From: Elusimicrobia bacterium RIFCSPHIGHO2_02_FULL_57_9
GTDB lineage: Bacteria; Elusimicrobiota; Elusimicrobia; UBA1565; UBA9628
Assembly (NCBI GenBank): GCA_001800015.1
Contig: MGUO01000138.1
Location: 1 to 27,881, forward strand
Length of the DNA stretch: 27,881 bases
Reading direction: 5' to 3'
Part shown: one piece after another, positions 15,643 to 24,869 of the stretch
Position numbering within the stretch: position 1 is the stretch's first letter
Layout of the letters: every line of letters begins with the position of its first letter
The notes under the pieces: model-generated
What the model was told of the DNA's origin: nothing
Databases searched by the model: none
The model's input: the letters and a program-made list of their open reading frames with translations, nothing else
Translations under genes and position numbers: made by a program

Positions 15643-16947
15643 TCAGTTAAACAATTCTTTTTGCCGCAGCAGCCTGTGATATGCAATCCCAAATCGATGC
15701 GCCTCATCTCTCAGATGCTGCAGCAGGCGCAAGGCAGGCCGCGCTTTCTCCATAATCAGCGAATCCAGCCGCCCCGGTAGGAATACTTCCTCAATGCGCT
15801 TGGCCAGGGCGGCAATCGGTATGCGCAGGCCCACGCCTTTTAAGGCCGCAGAGGCTGCGCCAAGTTGGCCTTTGCCGCCGTCAACTACGATCAGGTCGGG
15901 CAGAGCCTGACCTTCTTCTTTTAACCGGCGATAGCGGCGGGTAACCGCTTCCTGTATGCATTTAAGATCATCGATTCCTTCCACCGCGCGGATCTTGAAT
16001 TTACGGTAATGTTCCTTATTGGGGACGCCGCCCTTAAAACAGACCATGGACGCCACGGTTTGCCGGCCCTGAAAGTGTGAAATGTCGAAACATTCGATGT
16101 GAAACGGCGCAAGCGCCAGGGCCAGGGCCTGCTGCAGGTCCGTCACTGATTGCGAAGCCGCCAGAGTTCCGGCCACATTTTCCGCCTTGATGGCTTCACA
16201 ACGCACTTTCTCCCCTATTTGGGAGATGGCCGCGATGTTGTCGCGCAATTGGGCCGCGCGCTCGTAGTTCAGTTTTTTGGAAGCCTTTTTCATTTCGCGC
16301 TCGAGGTGGCGGCGCAGTTCCGGATAGCGGCCCGAAAAAAACAGGATCAGGTCATCGGCGAAAGCGCGGTATTTTCCCCGGTCGATGCGCCCCGCGCAGG
16401 GAGCCGGACATTCTTCCGTGTGATAATAGAGACACGAGTTGATTTTTTTAGTATCCAAGGCTTTCTTCAGGTTGAAGTCCCATTTGCAGGGCCGCAGCGG
16501 AAAATATTTGTGACGCCAAAGGTAATTAAGCAGGTGGCGCACCGGTCCGACCTTGGGGAAGGGCCCGAAATAAACGGCTCCATCGCTGATTTTGCGCCGG
16601 GTCAGAAAAACCCGCGGGAAATCCTCGTTCATGGTGACTTTAACGTAGGGATAGGCCTTGTCGTCCTTGAGCGAGATGTTGAAAAATGGGCGATAGCGTT
16701 TGACGAGCCGGTCTTCCAGGAGTAGAGCTTCGCGCTCCGAAGAGCAGGAGATATAATCGATTTTGCGAATAAGGGGCGTGAGGATTGAATTCTTGAATTG
16801 ATTCTTATCCGGATTGAAGTAATGGGCCACCCGTTTGGCCAAATCATTGGCCTTCCCGATATAAAGAATCTCGGCCCCGGCGTCGCGCATGAGATAGACG
16901 CCGCAGGCATGAGGCAGGTGGCTGCGGTTGATTGCTCGTCCATCCAT
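15643..16947 (-). CDS. uvrC: Excinuclease ABC subunit C, short form without C-terminal HhH domain; 434 aa
   Basis: GIY-YIG (GVYLM...ILYIGKA), four-Cys region, UVR domain (LNYERAAQLRD), RNase H-like IECFDISH, DGGKGQL, RDEAHRF; stop follows 15 residues later. Confidence 0.92.
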   Translation of the reverse strand: MDGRAINRSHLPHACGVYLMRDAGAEILYIGKANDLAKRVAHYFNPDKNQFKNSILTPLIRKIDYISCSSEREALLLEDRLVKRYRPFFNISLKDDKAYPYVKVTMNEDFPRVFLTRRKISDGAVYFGPFPKVGPVRHLLNYLWRHKYFPLRPCKWDFNLKKALDTKKINSCLYYHTEECPAPCAGRIDRGKYRAFADDLILFFSGRYPELRRHLEREMKKASKKLNYERAAQLRDNIAAISQIGEKVRCEAIKAENVAGTLAASQSVTDLQQALALALAPFHIECFDISHFQGRQTVASMVCFKGGVPNKEHYRKFKIRAVEGIDDLKCIQEAVTRRYRRLKEEGQALPDLIVVDGGKGQLGAASAALKGVGLRIPIAALAKRIEEVFLPGRLDSLIMEKARPALRLLQHLRDEAHRFGIAYHRLLRQKELFN

Positions 16948-17018
16948 GATTATATTTTACGACATTGTTCTCGACGAAGCTTGCCAGGAGGGCTTTAAAT
17001 TGATTCAATGTCTATCCG

Positions 17019-17309
17019 ATGGCGCAAGCAAAGAAACCCAAGAGGCACGCGTCGGCTTTAAAGGCCCAGAGGCAGTCGCAACGGCGTTCTTCCCGCAACC
17101 GGCTCATCAAGAAAGGGGTTCGTTTAGCCGTGCGCGCCGTGATGGATGCCATCGCCAAGAAAGACGCCGTCAAGCTTCCTGAACTGATGTCCAAGGCCTC
17201 TTCGGCCTTGAGCAAGGCCGCCCAGCGTCAAACCATCCATTGGAAAACCGCAGCCCGCAAAAAGTCCCGTCTGGCGGCGCGAGCGGCTAAGTTAGCCGTT
17301 GCCGCATAG
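17019..17309 (+). CDS. rpsT: 30S ribosomal protein S20
   Basis: SALKAQRQSQRRSSRNR...IHWKTAARKKSRL; canonical position converging on holA. Confidence 0.94.
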   Translation: MAQAKKPKRHASALKAQRQSQRRSSRNRLIKKGVRLAVRAVMDAIAKKDAVKLPELMSKASSALSKAAQRQTIHWKTAARKKSRLAARAAKLAVAA

Positions 17310-18296
17310 CGCCACAATCAAATTTTCTATCTCAAGCCTCGCATCCAGCCAGCTTTTTGATTTAAGGGCGGCTTCGGTTTTTAGGCAGATCTTAATATCC
17401 TTGATCAGCCTTTTCTCTTCCAGCCGGCCCACCAGTTCCAAATAATTTCGGTCCCAGTAGTTATGCAGGCGCAGGCTGCGGGAAATAGTCTCGGGGGCCT
17501 GGCGCGCCTTAATCATGCGCTTGGCGCGCAATTGCTTGGTCACGGCGGCGCTGGCCTGGGCTAATATCCGAAACACTTGTTCTTCGGCCTTGCCCTCGTT
17601 AAGCAGGCGTCGCGCATGGGAGAGGCAATCCTTCAGTTTCCGTTCTTGAATCAGCCGGGATAAGGCGAAGGGATCGGCGGATTTGCGATAGCCCAGGCAT
17701 TGAATGGCGTCTTCTTGGGAGATTTTCTTGGCTGTCGAGGCGAATAACAGGATTTTATCGAGTTCCTGCTTGAGGATGGACCAGTTGGTTCCGACCTCAG
17801 CCACTAAAGTGGCGGCCGCTTCCGAGGATAGATTTTTTCCCTCTTGCCGCGCTGCGGCCAGCAGTCGCTGCCGGGCCTCTTCTTCCTTTAACGGAGCAAA
17901 CAGGCAAAGGGCTCCAGCCCTTGCGGCGGCCGAGACCAGGCCGTCCTTGGCATCTGCTCGCTTTTCCTCGGAGAGCAGCACCAGCGTCGTGTTTTTAAGC
18001 GGATTCTTGAGATATTCGATGAAAGCCGCTTTGGCCGCGGCCGGGATTTTGGGATTATTGACGATGACGAGCCTTTTCTCCGAAAGAACTGGCAAGGTCA
18101 TGGCCTCGGCCACTACGGCCTGCGGATTTTCCGCGTCCGCGAACTGGCGGAAATTGAAATCGTCGGTTTTAAACCAGATTTTCAAGCGCTTGAGCGCCTC
18201 GGACTTGGCCGATGCCTCTTCCCCCAAAAGATAGTAAATAGGGCGCAGCTTGCCTGTTTCCCATTCCTTCAGAAGATCGGGGACTCTCAGCTCCAT
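17292..18296 (-). CDS. holA: DNA polymerase III subunit delta
   Basis: PIYYLLGEE, TLPVLSEKRLVIV, ELDKILLF; leuS-lptE-holA-rpsT synteny. Confidence 0.9.
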   Translation of the reverse strand: MELRVPDLLKEWETGKLRPIYYLLGEEASAKSEALKRLKIWFKTDDFNFRQFADAENPQAVVAEAMTLPVLSEKRLVIVNNPKIPAAAKAAFIEYLKNPLKNTTLVLLSEEKRADAKDGLVSAAARAGALCLFAPLKEEEARQRLLAAARQEGKNLSSEAAATLVAEVGTNWSILKQELDKILLFASTAKKISQEDAIQCLGYRKSADPFALSRLIQERKLKDCLSHARRLLNEGKAEEQVFRILAQASAAVTKQLRAKRMIKARQAPETISRSLRLHNYWDRNYLELVGRLEEKRLIKDIKICLKTEAALKSKSWLDARLEIENLIVALCGNG

Positions 18297-18305
18297 CTTG
18301 CGTTT

Positions 18306-18334
18306 GGATTAGGATTAATAAGGATTAGGATTAA
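18306..18334. repeat. Short direct repeat (16-bp period) spanning the lptE stop codon
   Basis: GGATTAGGATTAA at 18306-18318 and 18322-18334. Confidence 0.8.
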
Positions 18335-18929
18335 CCGGCGGCAGGGGCGTGTCCGGCTTGGCGTTGGGAGCCGTGGACGGAGCATCCGGCGAAATGCGCC
18401 GTTCCGAGGTGCCGGTGACCGAGCCAAAACCCTCGATCACGCGCTTGACTACGTCGCGAGCCAGGCTGTCCCAGATCGTTTCGCGGGCTTGTTCCTCGGT
18501 TTTGCCGCCGGGAAGGGTGGAGGCCGGATAGGTCAGGCTGCCCTCCATGTTCTTTTCTTCCCAAAGGGCGGTGTTGGCGGCTTTGTCGACGAATTGCAGA
18601 TCGATCATGATGCGCAGTTTATAGGCGGTGGGGACCAGCCGGGCGTCGTATTGAATGGGGGTGAGCACGTAGCGGGTAATGGTCGCCAGCACGATGCCGT
18701 CGGCCTCGGATTCGGGAAGCACGGGATAGCGTCCGTCGCGCAGGAACTCATCGCGGACGCGCAGAGTCAGCTTATCCTCCAATCCGAATTGCTGGGTTTT
18801 GTTGACCACCAGGCGTATGGACAATTTCTTGATGTTGCTGGGCAGTATTTGTGGGGACGGGCGATAGGCGATGTCTTGCCCGCAGCCGGCCGCTAAAAGA
18901 GCCAATAAAAGCATTCCCAATTTTTTCAT
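18315..18929 (-). CDS. lptE: LPS assembly lipoprotein LptE family
   Basis: Lipobox LAAGC; NKTQQFGLEDKLT...EFLRDG; ADGIVLATIT; position between leuS and holA. Confidence 0.85.
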   Translation of the reverse strand: MKKLGMLLLALLAAGCGQDIAYRPSPQILPSNIKKLSIRLVVNKTQQFGLEDKLTLRVRDEFLRDGRYPVLPESEADGIVLATITRYVLTPIQYDARLVPTAYKLRIMIDLQFVDKAANTALWEEKNMEGSLTYPASTLPGGKTEEQARETIWDSLARDVVKRVIEGFGSVTGTSERRISPDAPSTAPNAKPDTPLPPVNPNPY

Positions 18930-18930
18930 G

Positions 18931-21438
18931 TTATTTCACCACGATATTGACGAGCCGGTTGGGCACGACAATGGTTTTGACCACGGATTTGCCCTCCGTC
19001 GCTGATTTAATCTTTTCCAAGCCCAAAGCGGTGCTGGTAACGGTTTGTTCCGGCGCATTGGCCTCAAATTCAAAAGTGGCCCGGACCTTCCCGTTGACCT
19101 GCACGGCGTATTCTACCTTGTTTTCCTGCAGATATTTTTCTTGATAGGCCGGCCAAGGCTGACGGGACATGGAGTCCTTGTGCCCGAGCCTTTCCCAAAG
19201 CTCCTCGGTGACATGCGGGGCGAAGGGGTGCAGCAGGGTTAAAAGGGTTTCGATGTCGACGCGGGCTTTTTCGGGCTGGTCCTGGATGTCGTTTAGATAG
19301 ATCATCATTTCGGATACAGCCGTGTTTAATCCGAAGGACTCGATATCCCCCGTGACTTTCTTAATGGTGCGGTGCCGCCGATTAATTAGGCCTTCGCCGG
19401 CCCCCAGCTTATTGTCGAGCGCCAGCGCCCACACCTTGCGTAAAAAGCCCGAGACACCTTTGATATTGCGCATGTCCCAGGGCTTAGCCTGCTCGAAGGG
19501 GCCCATGAACATTTCATAAAGCCGGAAAGCGTCGGCTCCGTAGTTTTTCAGAACGGCGTCGGGGTTGACCGCGTTTTTCTTGGACTTGGACATTTTCTCA
19601 ACGATCGATTGGAGCTTTTCCCCGGAGTCCAGCACGGCCCCGCCGGCGTCATCGTATTTAACATCCTCGTAGCCGTGGTACACGCCCTGAGAGTCGCGGT
19701 AGGCGTAGGAAAGGATCATGCCTTGATGGCGCAGTTTTTGGAAGGGTTCGATGGTTGAGACAAAACCAAGATCGTAGAGAGCTTTATGCCAGAAGCGGGC
19801 GTAGAGCAAATGCAAAACAGCGTGCTCAGCCCCGCCTACATAGCAATCAACGGGCCCCCATGTCTTCGCCTGGTCTATAGACCAGGCGAAGACCGTGTTT
19901 TTAGGGTCTGTATACCTTAGGTAGTACCAGCACGAACCCGCCCATTGCGGCATCGTATTTGTTTCCCTTTTTCCCGCTCCGCCGCAGCCGGGGCACTTGG
20001 TGTTGACCCAGTCCGGCGCGTTGGCTAAGGGGGACTCGCCGGTACCGGAAGGCCGGTAATCCGTCACTTCCGGCAGCAGCACGGGCAAATCTTTCTCCGG
20101 GACAGGGACCTGGCCGCATTTCGGGCAGTGGATGATGGGGATGGGTTCCCCCCAATAGCGCTGGCGCGAGAATATCCAATCGCGCAGCTTGTATCGCACC
20201 GTGCCCTTGCCCAGCCCGTTTTCTTCCAAATAACGGATGATTTTTTGCTTGGCTTGCGCCGTGGGCATTCCGGCCAAAAGAGGGGAGTTAACGGCTTCTC
20301 CATCGGCGCAAAAAGCTTGGTTCGGGTCGGCCGCGCCTTTCAGGGCTTTAACCACCGGGAAAACGGGTAATTTAAATTTATGGGCGAATGCCCAATCACG
20401 CTCGTCATGAGCCGGGACCGCCATGATAGCGCCCGTACCGTAGCCCGCCAGCACATAATCAGCCAGCCAAATGGGAATTTTCTTGTTGTTGAGCGGATTA
20501 ATCGCATAAGAGCCGGTGAAAACCCCGGTTTTTTCCTTTTGCAGCTCGGTGCGTTCCATGTCCGATTTGGCTTGGGCCTGTTTGCGATAGGCCTCAACCT
20601 CAGCTTTATGTTCGGCAGTGGTCAGTTCCGGGACCAACTCATGCTCGGGCGCCAGAACCATGTAGGTGGCGCCGTAAATGGTGTCCGGCCGGGTGGTAAA
20701 AACCGCGAGCCGGCGGCCGTTTTCAAGTTTGAACTTGATTTCCGCGCCATCGGAGCGGCCGATCCAGTGGCGCTGCATGGCGAGGGTGGAAGCGGGCCAG
20801 TCCAGTTCATCCAAATCCTTTTCCAGGCGATCGGCATAGGCGGTGATGCGCAATATCCATTGCCGCATGCTTTTGCGCTCGACCGTCGTGCCGCAGCGTT
20901 CGCAAGCACCGCCGAAAACCTCTTCATTGGCCAGTCCTGTTTTGCAGGAGGGACACCAGTTGATCGGCGCGGTGCTTTCATAGGCCAGGCCTTTTTTGAA
21001 CAGCTGGAGGAATATCCATTGCGTCCAGCGGTAATAAGCCGGGTCGGTGGTGTTGATTTCCCGGTCCCAGTCATAGGAAAAACCCAAGGACTGTATTTGT
21101 CTTTTGAAATTGGCGATGTTGTTTTCGGTAACCACACGCGGATGGGTGCCGGTTTGCAGGGCGAAATTTTCGGTCGGAAGCCCAAAAGCGTCCCAACCCA
21201 TGGGGTGCAACACATCCCAGCCCTGCATGCGCTTGGCGCGGCAGAGAATGTCGGTGGCGGTGTAGCCTTCTGGATGGCCCACGTGCAGGCCCGCGGCCGA
21301 GGGGTAAGGAAACATATCCAGGCAATAGAACTTCTTTCCCGGCCGGGGGGGTTGCGGAGCCTTAAAAACGCCGTCTTTAGCCCAGCGCGCCTGCCATTTG
21401 GTTTCTATTTCGAAGAAAGGGATGTGCTCGGGTTTCAT
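18931..21438 (-). CDS. leuS: Leucine--tRNA ligase, 835 aa
   Basis: MFPYPSAAGLHVGH, GWDAFGLP, editing domain FTTRPDT and GTGAIMAVPAHD, SRQRYWG, KMSKS. Start placed at ATG 21438 (MKPEHIPFFEIETKW) rather than 21513. Confidence 0.97.
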   Translation of the reverse strand: MKPEHIPFFEIETKWQARWAKDGVFKAPQPPRPGKKFYCLDMFPYPSAAGLHVGHPEGYTATDILCRAKRMQGWDVLHPMGWDAFGLPTENFALQTGTHPRVVTENNIANFKRQIQSLGFSYDWDREINTTDPAYYRWTQWIFLQLFKKGLAYESTAPINWCPSCKTGLANEEVFGGACERCGTTVERKSMRQWILRITAYADRLEKDLDELDWPASTLAMQRHWIGRSDGAEIKFKLENGRRLAVFTTRPDTIYGATYMVLAPEHELVPELTTAEHKAEVEAYRKQAQAKSDMERTELQKEKTGVFTGSYAINPLNNKKIPIWLADYVLAGYGTGAIMAVPAHDERDWAFAHKFKLPVFPVVKALKGAADPNQAFCADGEAVNSPLLAGMPTAQAKQKIIRYLEENGLGKGTVRYKLRDWIFSRQRYWGEPIPIIHCPKCGQVPVPEKDLPVLLPEVTDYRPSGTGESPLANAPDWVNTKCPGCGGAGKRETNTMPQWAGSCWYYLRYTDPKNTVFAWSIDQAKTWGPVDCYVGGAEHAVLHLLYARFWHKALYDLGFVSTIEPFQKLRHQGMILSYAYRDSQGVYHGYEDVKYDDAGGAVLDSGEKLQSIVEKMSKSKKNAVNPDAVLKNYGADAFRLYEMFMGPFEQAKPWDMRNIKGVSGFLRKVWALALDNKLGAGEGLINRRHRTIKKVTGDIESFGLNTAVSEMMIYLNDIQDQPEKARVDIETLLTLLHPFAPHVTEELWERLGHKDSMSRQPWPAYQEKYLQENKVEYAVQVNGKVRATFEFEANAPEQTVTSTALGLEKIKSATEGKSVVKTIVVPNRLVNIVVK

Positions 21439-21447
21439 TAGGAAGCA

Positions 21448-21453
21448 ATTATA
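21448..21453 (-). promoter_or_regulatory. Putative -10 element for leuS
   Basis: TATAAT on the minus strand, 9 nt before ATG 21438; no SD. Confidence 0.4.
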
Positions 21454-21544
21454 TAACTTTGTCCGTGGAGATGGCCCGCTCAATAGCGAGAGAGTTTTTC
21501 TGCGATGTACCATTTTGGCGCATCGCAGAAAAAGGCCCTTTTGT

Positions 21545-21979
21545 TTACTTCATGTCGCTCAGAATCTTATCTTGCCTTTTAAACATCGCCGCTTGCCGGC
21601 GCGGGGTGTCATCTCGGTATCCCAGTAAATGCAGGGTGCCGTGAATAATCAAGGTCAGAATTTCCTTTAGAACCGGGTGGCCGAGCGCCGCAGCTTGTTT
21701 CCCGGTCTGGTACGCCGAGATGTAAATATCTCCGAAAGGCGAATCTTGGGCGCGCTCTTCCTCTGAGTAGGGAAAGGCAATCACGTCGGTGTCGCAGTTG
21801 TGGCTTAGAAAGCGTTTGTTGAGCGCAAGCATCCCTTTCCTGTTCTGAAAAATAATATTGATCTCGCCGCTTGCGCGGTATTTTTCGGCGCGCAGAGCTC
21901 TGAGGCAGGCTTTCTTGATTAATCCTGGCTTTCGGGCGCAGGCCGGCAGGCGGCTTATATGAAAGAGGTTTACGGTCAC
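21545..21979 (-). CDS. ybeY: rRNA maturation endoribonuclease YbeY
   Basis: TDVIAFP, GDIYIS, IHGTLHLLGY; GTG start in a GTGA overlap with phoH. Confidence 0.92.
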   Translation of the reverse strand: MTVNLFHISRLPACARKPGLIKKACLRALRAEKYRASGEINIIFQNRKGMLALNKRFLSHNCDTDVIAFPYSEEERAQDSPFGDIYISAYQTGKQAAALGHPVLKEILTLIIHGTLHLLGYRDDTPRRQAAMFKRQDKILSDMK

Positions 21980-22935
21980 TTCTTACGCGACCAGTCTTCG
22001 TAGGCGCGCACGATTTTGCGCACCAGGGGGTGCCTGACCACGTCTTCCTCGGTGAGTTTGTGAAAGGCCACGCCTTCCACGTCTTTAAGAATCTCGGCTA
22101 CGCGGACCAGGCCCGAGGCGGCTTTATCGCTTAAATCGCTTTGCGTGACGTCGCCGGTGACCACCACGCGCGAGCCATGGCCCATGCGGGTTAAAAACAT
22201 CTTCATCTGCTCCGGAGTGGTGTTCTGGGCTTCATCGAGCAGGATAAAAGCGTCGTTAAAGGTGCGGCCGCGCATATAGGCCAGGGGCACGATTTCGATG
22301 ACGTCGGTGTCGCGCCACAATCGGAAACGTTCCGGGCCCAGGAGGCCATAGAAGGCGTCGTAAAGGGGCTTGAGATAGGGATCCACTTTTTCGATAAAAG
22401 CGCCGGGCAAAAAACCCAGTTTTTCGCCGGCCTCGACTACCGGCCGGCTTAAAATGACGCGGGTGACCCGTCTGGCTTCCAAAGCTCGCAGGGCGCAAGC
22501 CACGGCCAGGTGGGTTTTGCCGGTTCCCGCCGGGCCTATGCCGAAAACCAGTTCGGTTTTAGCGATCGCCTCGACATAGCTTTTCTGGTTCGGGGTACGG
22601 GGACGCACCACCTGCCCGTAGGCCGAACGGTAAACGCCGTCCTCGGGCAGGGGCGGAGCGTTTAGGTTCAACGGCTCGAAGCTGGGTTGCGGCGGCGTGG
22701 CGGAGAGCTCCGCGCGGCGCACGGTCGCCAGCTTTTCGCGTATGCGGCGCAGGGCCTTGTCCACCCGGGACGTATTGCCCTTGATGGAAAGCTGCATTTC
22801 GCTGGAGTGGATGTCCTGGCGCAGAAATATTTCCACGCCGTATTCACGCTCCATTTGCCTCAAGGCCGCGTCCTGCTCTCCTAAAAGCTGGAGAGCTTCC
22901 TGGGGATTTCCAAGGCGGATTTTTTTTGTGATCAT
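21976..22935 (-). CDS. phoH: PhoH family ATPase (YbeZ-like)
   Basis: GPAGTGKT, RPVVEAGEKLGFLPG, MRGRTF, LDEAQN, GDVTQSDL, VVRHPLV. Confidence 0.95.
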   Translation of the reverse strand: MITKKIRLGNPQEALQLLGEQDAALRQMEREYGVEIFLRQDIHSSEMQLSIKGNTSRVDKALRRIREKLATVRRAELSATPPQPSFEPLNLNAPPLPEDGVYRSAYGQVVRPRTPNQKSYVEAIAKTELVFGIGPAGTGKTHLAVACALRALEARRVTRVILSRPVVEAGEKLGFLPGAFIEKVDPYLKPLYDAFYGLLGPERFRLWRDTDVIEIVPLAYMRGRTFNDAFILLDEAQNTTPEQMKMFLTRMGHGSRVVVTGDVTQSDLSDKAASGLVRVAEILKDVEGVAFHKLTEEDVVRHPLVRKIVRAYEDWSRKK

Positions 22936-24170
22936 CTGACCGGGGGCGTGGTTTTGCCGCGCGGCAGCACCACGATTCCGGAGGCATCGACGAAATAGCG
23001 CTCGGCGTCCTTGGCCGCGGAATGGCCTATGGTTTCTTTGGAAGGAATGTCGTTAAAACGATCGACGATGACGCGCTTAAGCTTGGCCTCGCTGCGTATT
23101 TTGCAAAAATCCATGACGATGGAATCCTCTATGATCGCCCCGTCGTGAACATGAACCCCGCGGCCCAGGATCGAATTCTTGATCGCAGCGTCGCGCAGGA
23201 AGCAGCCGTCGCCGATGATGCAGTTGGAAAATTTGCCGTCAATAATCTTGGCGGGGGGGCCTTCGTAGCTGCCCGCATGGATGAACCATTTGCGGTTATT
23301 AAGGTTGATTTTCGGCCTGGCGCCCAGAATATCCATGTTCGCTTGATAATACGAGGAAAGAGCGCCGACGTCGCGCCAATACCCCTTTTCTTCATAGGGC
23401 TTAAGGCCGGGCAAGACATTGGTCGAAAAATCGTAGGCGTAAGCCTTGAATTTCTTATGGATATCGGGAAGTATGGATTTGCCAAAATCGAGGTTTGCCT
23501 GGGCCGTCTCATCCTCCAAAATGCGCACGAGCACGTCCGTGTTGAAGAGATAATTGCCCATGGAGGAAAGCGCGTGACCGGCGTCGCCGGGCAGGGGTTT
23601 GGGGTTTTCGGGCTTTTCCACGAAGGTCGCGACCTTGCCTTTGGCGTCCACTTCCACGATGCCGAAAAAGGAGGCGCTCTTGAGCGGGACCGGAATGGTG
23701 GCGATGGTGATTTCGGCGCCCCTTTCCATGTGAAACTGCATCATCTGGCCGATGTCCATGCGGTATATGTGATCAGCGCCGAAGACGGCGACCATGTCCG
23801 GATCAAAATCGCGGATCAGATTTAAATTCTGGCGTACGGCGTCGGCGGTCCCTCGGTACCACATGTCCCCCAGCCGCATTTGCGGAGGCACGACGGTGAT
23901 GAACTGGTCGCGCGTCAGGCCCACGGTGTGCCAGCTGCCGCGCAGGTAGTCGATCAGGCTCTGGGACATATATTGGACCAGGATGTAAATCGAGTGTATC
24001 CCCGAATTGACGAAATTCGAGAGCACGAAATCCACGATCCGGTATTTGCCGCCGAAAGGAACCGAGGGCTTGGAGCGTTCATGGGTCAGGGGATAGAGGC
24101 GTTCGCCCTTGCCCCCGGCCATGATAATGCCCAAGACCCGACGCGTCGGGGCTATGGGGCCGGTTGGCAT
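22932..24170 (-). CDS. glgC: Glucose-1-phosphate adenylyltransferase
   Basis: AGGKGERLYPLT...KPSVPFGGKYRI, WYRGTADAV, DHIYRMD, FVEKP, SMGNYLF, YWRDVG, C-terminal left-handed beta-helix. Confidence 0.96.
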   Translation of the reverse strand: MPTGPIAPTRRVLGIIMAGGKGERLYPLTHERSKPSVPFGGKYRIVDFVLSNFVNSGIHSIYILVQYMSQSLIDYLRGSWHTVGLTRDQFITVVPPQMRLGDMWYRGTADAVRQNLNLIRDFDPDMVAVFGADHIYRMDIGQMMQFHMERGAEITIATIPVPLKSASFFGIVEVDAKGKVATFVEKPENPKPLPGDAGHALSSMGNYLFNTDVLVRILEDETAQANLDFGKSILPDIHKKFKAYAYDFSTNVLPGLKPYEEKGYWRDVGALSSYYQANMDILGARPKINLNNRKWFIHAGSYEGPPAKIIDGKFSNCIIGDGCFLRDAAIKNSILGRGVHVHDGAIIEDSIVMDFCKIRSEAKLKRVIVDRFNDIPSKETIGHSAAKDAERYFVDASGIVVLPRGKTTPPVR

Positions 24171-24859
24171 AAAGCTAATTTGGGATTAACGCCTTTCCAG
24201 GCGTGCGTCAAAAACGCCGACCATGTCCAGGGCATCAGGCGCTCGAAGTGTCGGGCCAGGGCCTCGGCGTAGGCCTGGATTTCCAATTGGGCGTGGGCGT
24301 CGGCACGCAGGGACAGGAAGTTCATGAAGCTGCGCGCGTTGACCGTCCAATAGAACTGGGTGTATAAATTGACGGGCAGAACCATTCGGGCCATTTCCCG
24401 TGCCACCCCGGCGGCCAGCATTTCGCGATAAAGCGACAGGGCCGCGCGCACTTGGGCCTCGCATTTTTTAGTCAGATCCGCGTGATCCAAAGCGCAATCG
24501 CTCACGGAGCCCTGTTTGTTTTTAATGTCTTGGGCGCGCCAAGTTTCGGGGATATAAAACTCGTCCTTTACCTCCGTGTAGCGGAAGGACTGTTCATTGT
24601 AGGCCGCGAAACGGTGCCGAAACCACTGGCGCGCTACGAATATGGGACAGGAAACGTGAAATTTAAACAGCGCGTGCTCAAACGGGGTCATATGGGAGTG
24701 TTTAAGCAGGTAGGCGACGAGTTTGCGGTCGGCCTCCTCGCCTTTGGATTTGCCGCCGTAGGAAACCCGGGCCGCGTCGACCACTCCTTGATCGCCGCCC
24801 ATAAATTCAACAAGGCGCACGAAGCCTTTATCCAGCACCCGGGCCGATTCCGCACTCAT
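24152..24859 (-). CDS. thyX: FAD-dependent thymidylate synthase
   Basis: AARVSY, HMTPFEH, RHRX7S motif (RHRFAAYNEQSFRY), EMARMVLP, HAQLEI; strong SD GAGGAGG at 24865-24871. Confidence 0.96.
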   Translation of the reverse strand: MSAESARVLDKGFVRLVEFMGGDQGVVDAARVSYGGKSKGEEADRKLVAYLLKHSHMTPFEHALFKFHVSCPIFVARQWFRHRFAAYNEQSFRYTEVKDEFYIPETWRAQDIKNKQGSVSDCALDHADLTKKCEAQVRAALSLYREMLAAGVAREMARMVLPVNLYTQFYWTVNARSFMNFLSLRADAHAQLEIQAYAEALARHFERLMPWTWSAFLTHAWKGVNPKLALCQPAP

Positions 24860-24869
24860 GGCTTCCTCC

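Noticed and set aside
15608-15660. uvrC as a frameshifted pseudogene
   Set aside because: No room for an HhH remnant before pilC, and all nuclease motifs are intact.
20380-21441. 353-aa antisense ORF over leuS
   Set aside because: Codon-register shadow of a conserved essential gene; the same applies to 23022-23825 over glgC and 7663-8199 over gltX.
21439-21513. leuS start at 21513
   Set aside because: Family similarity begins at MKPEHIPF; the extension covers the likely -10 element.
24560-24620. ThyX motif variant RHRFAAYNEQS (Ala at a usual Ser position)
   Set aside because: The defining RHRX7S spacing and final Ser are retained.
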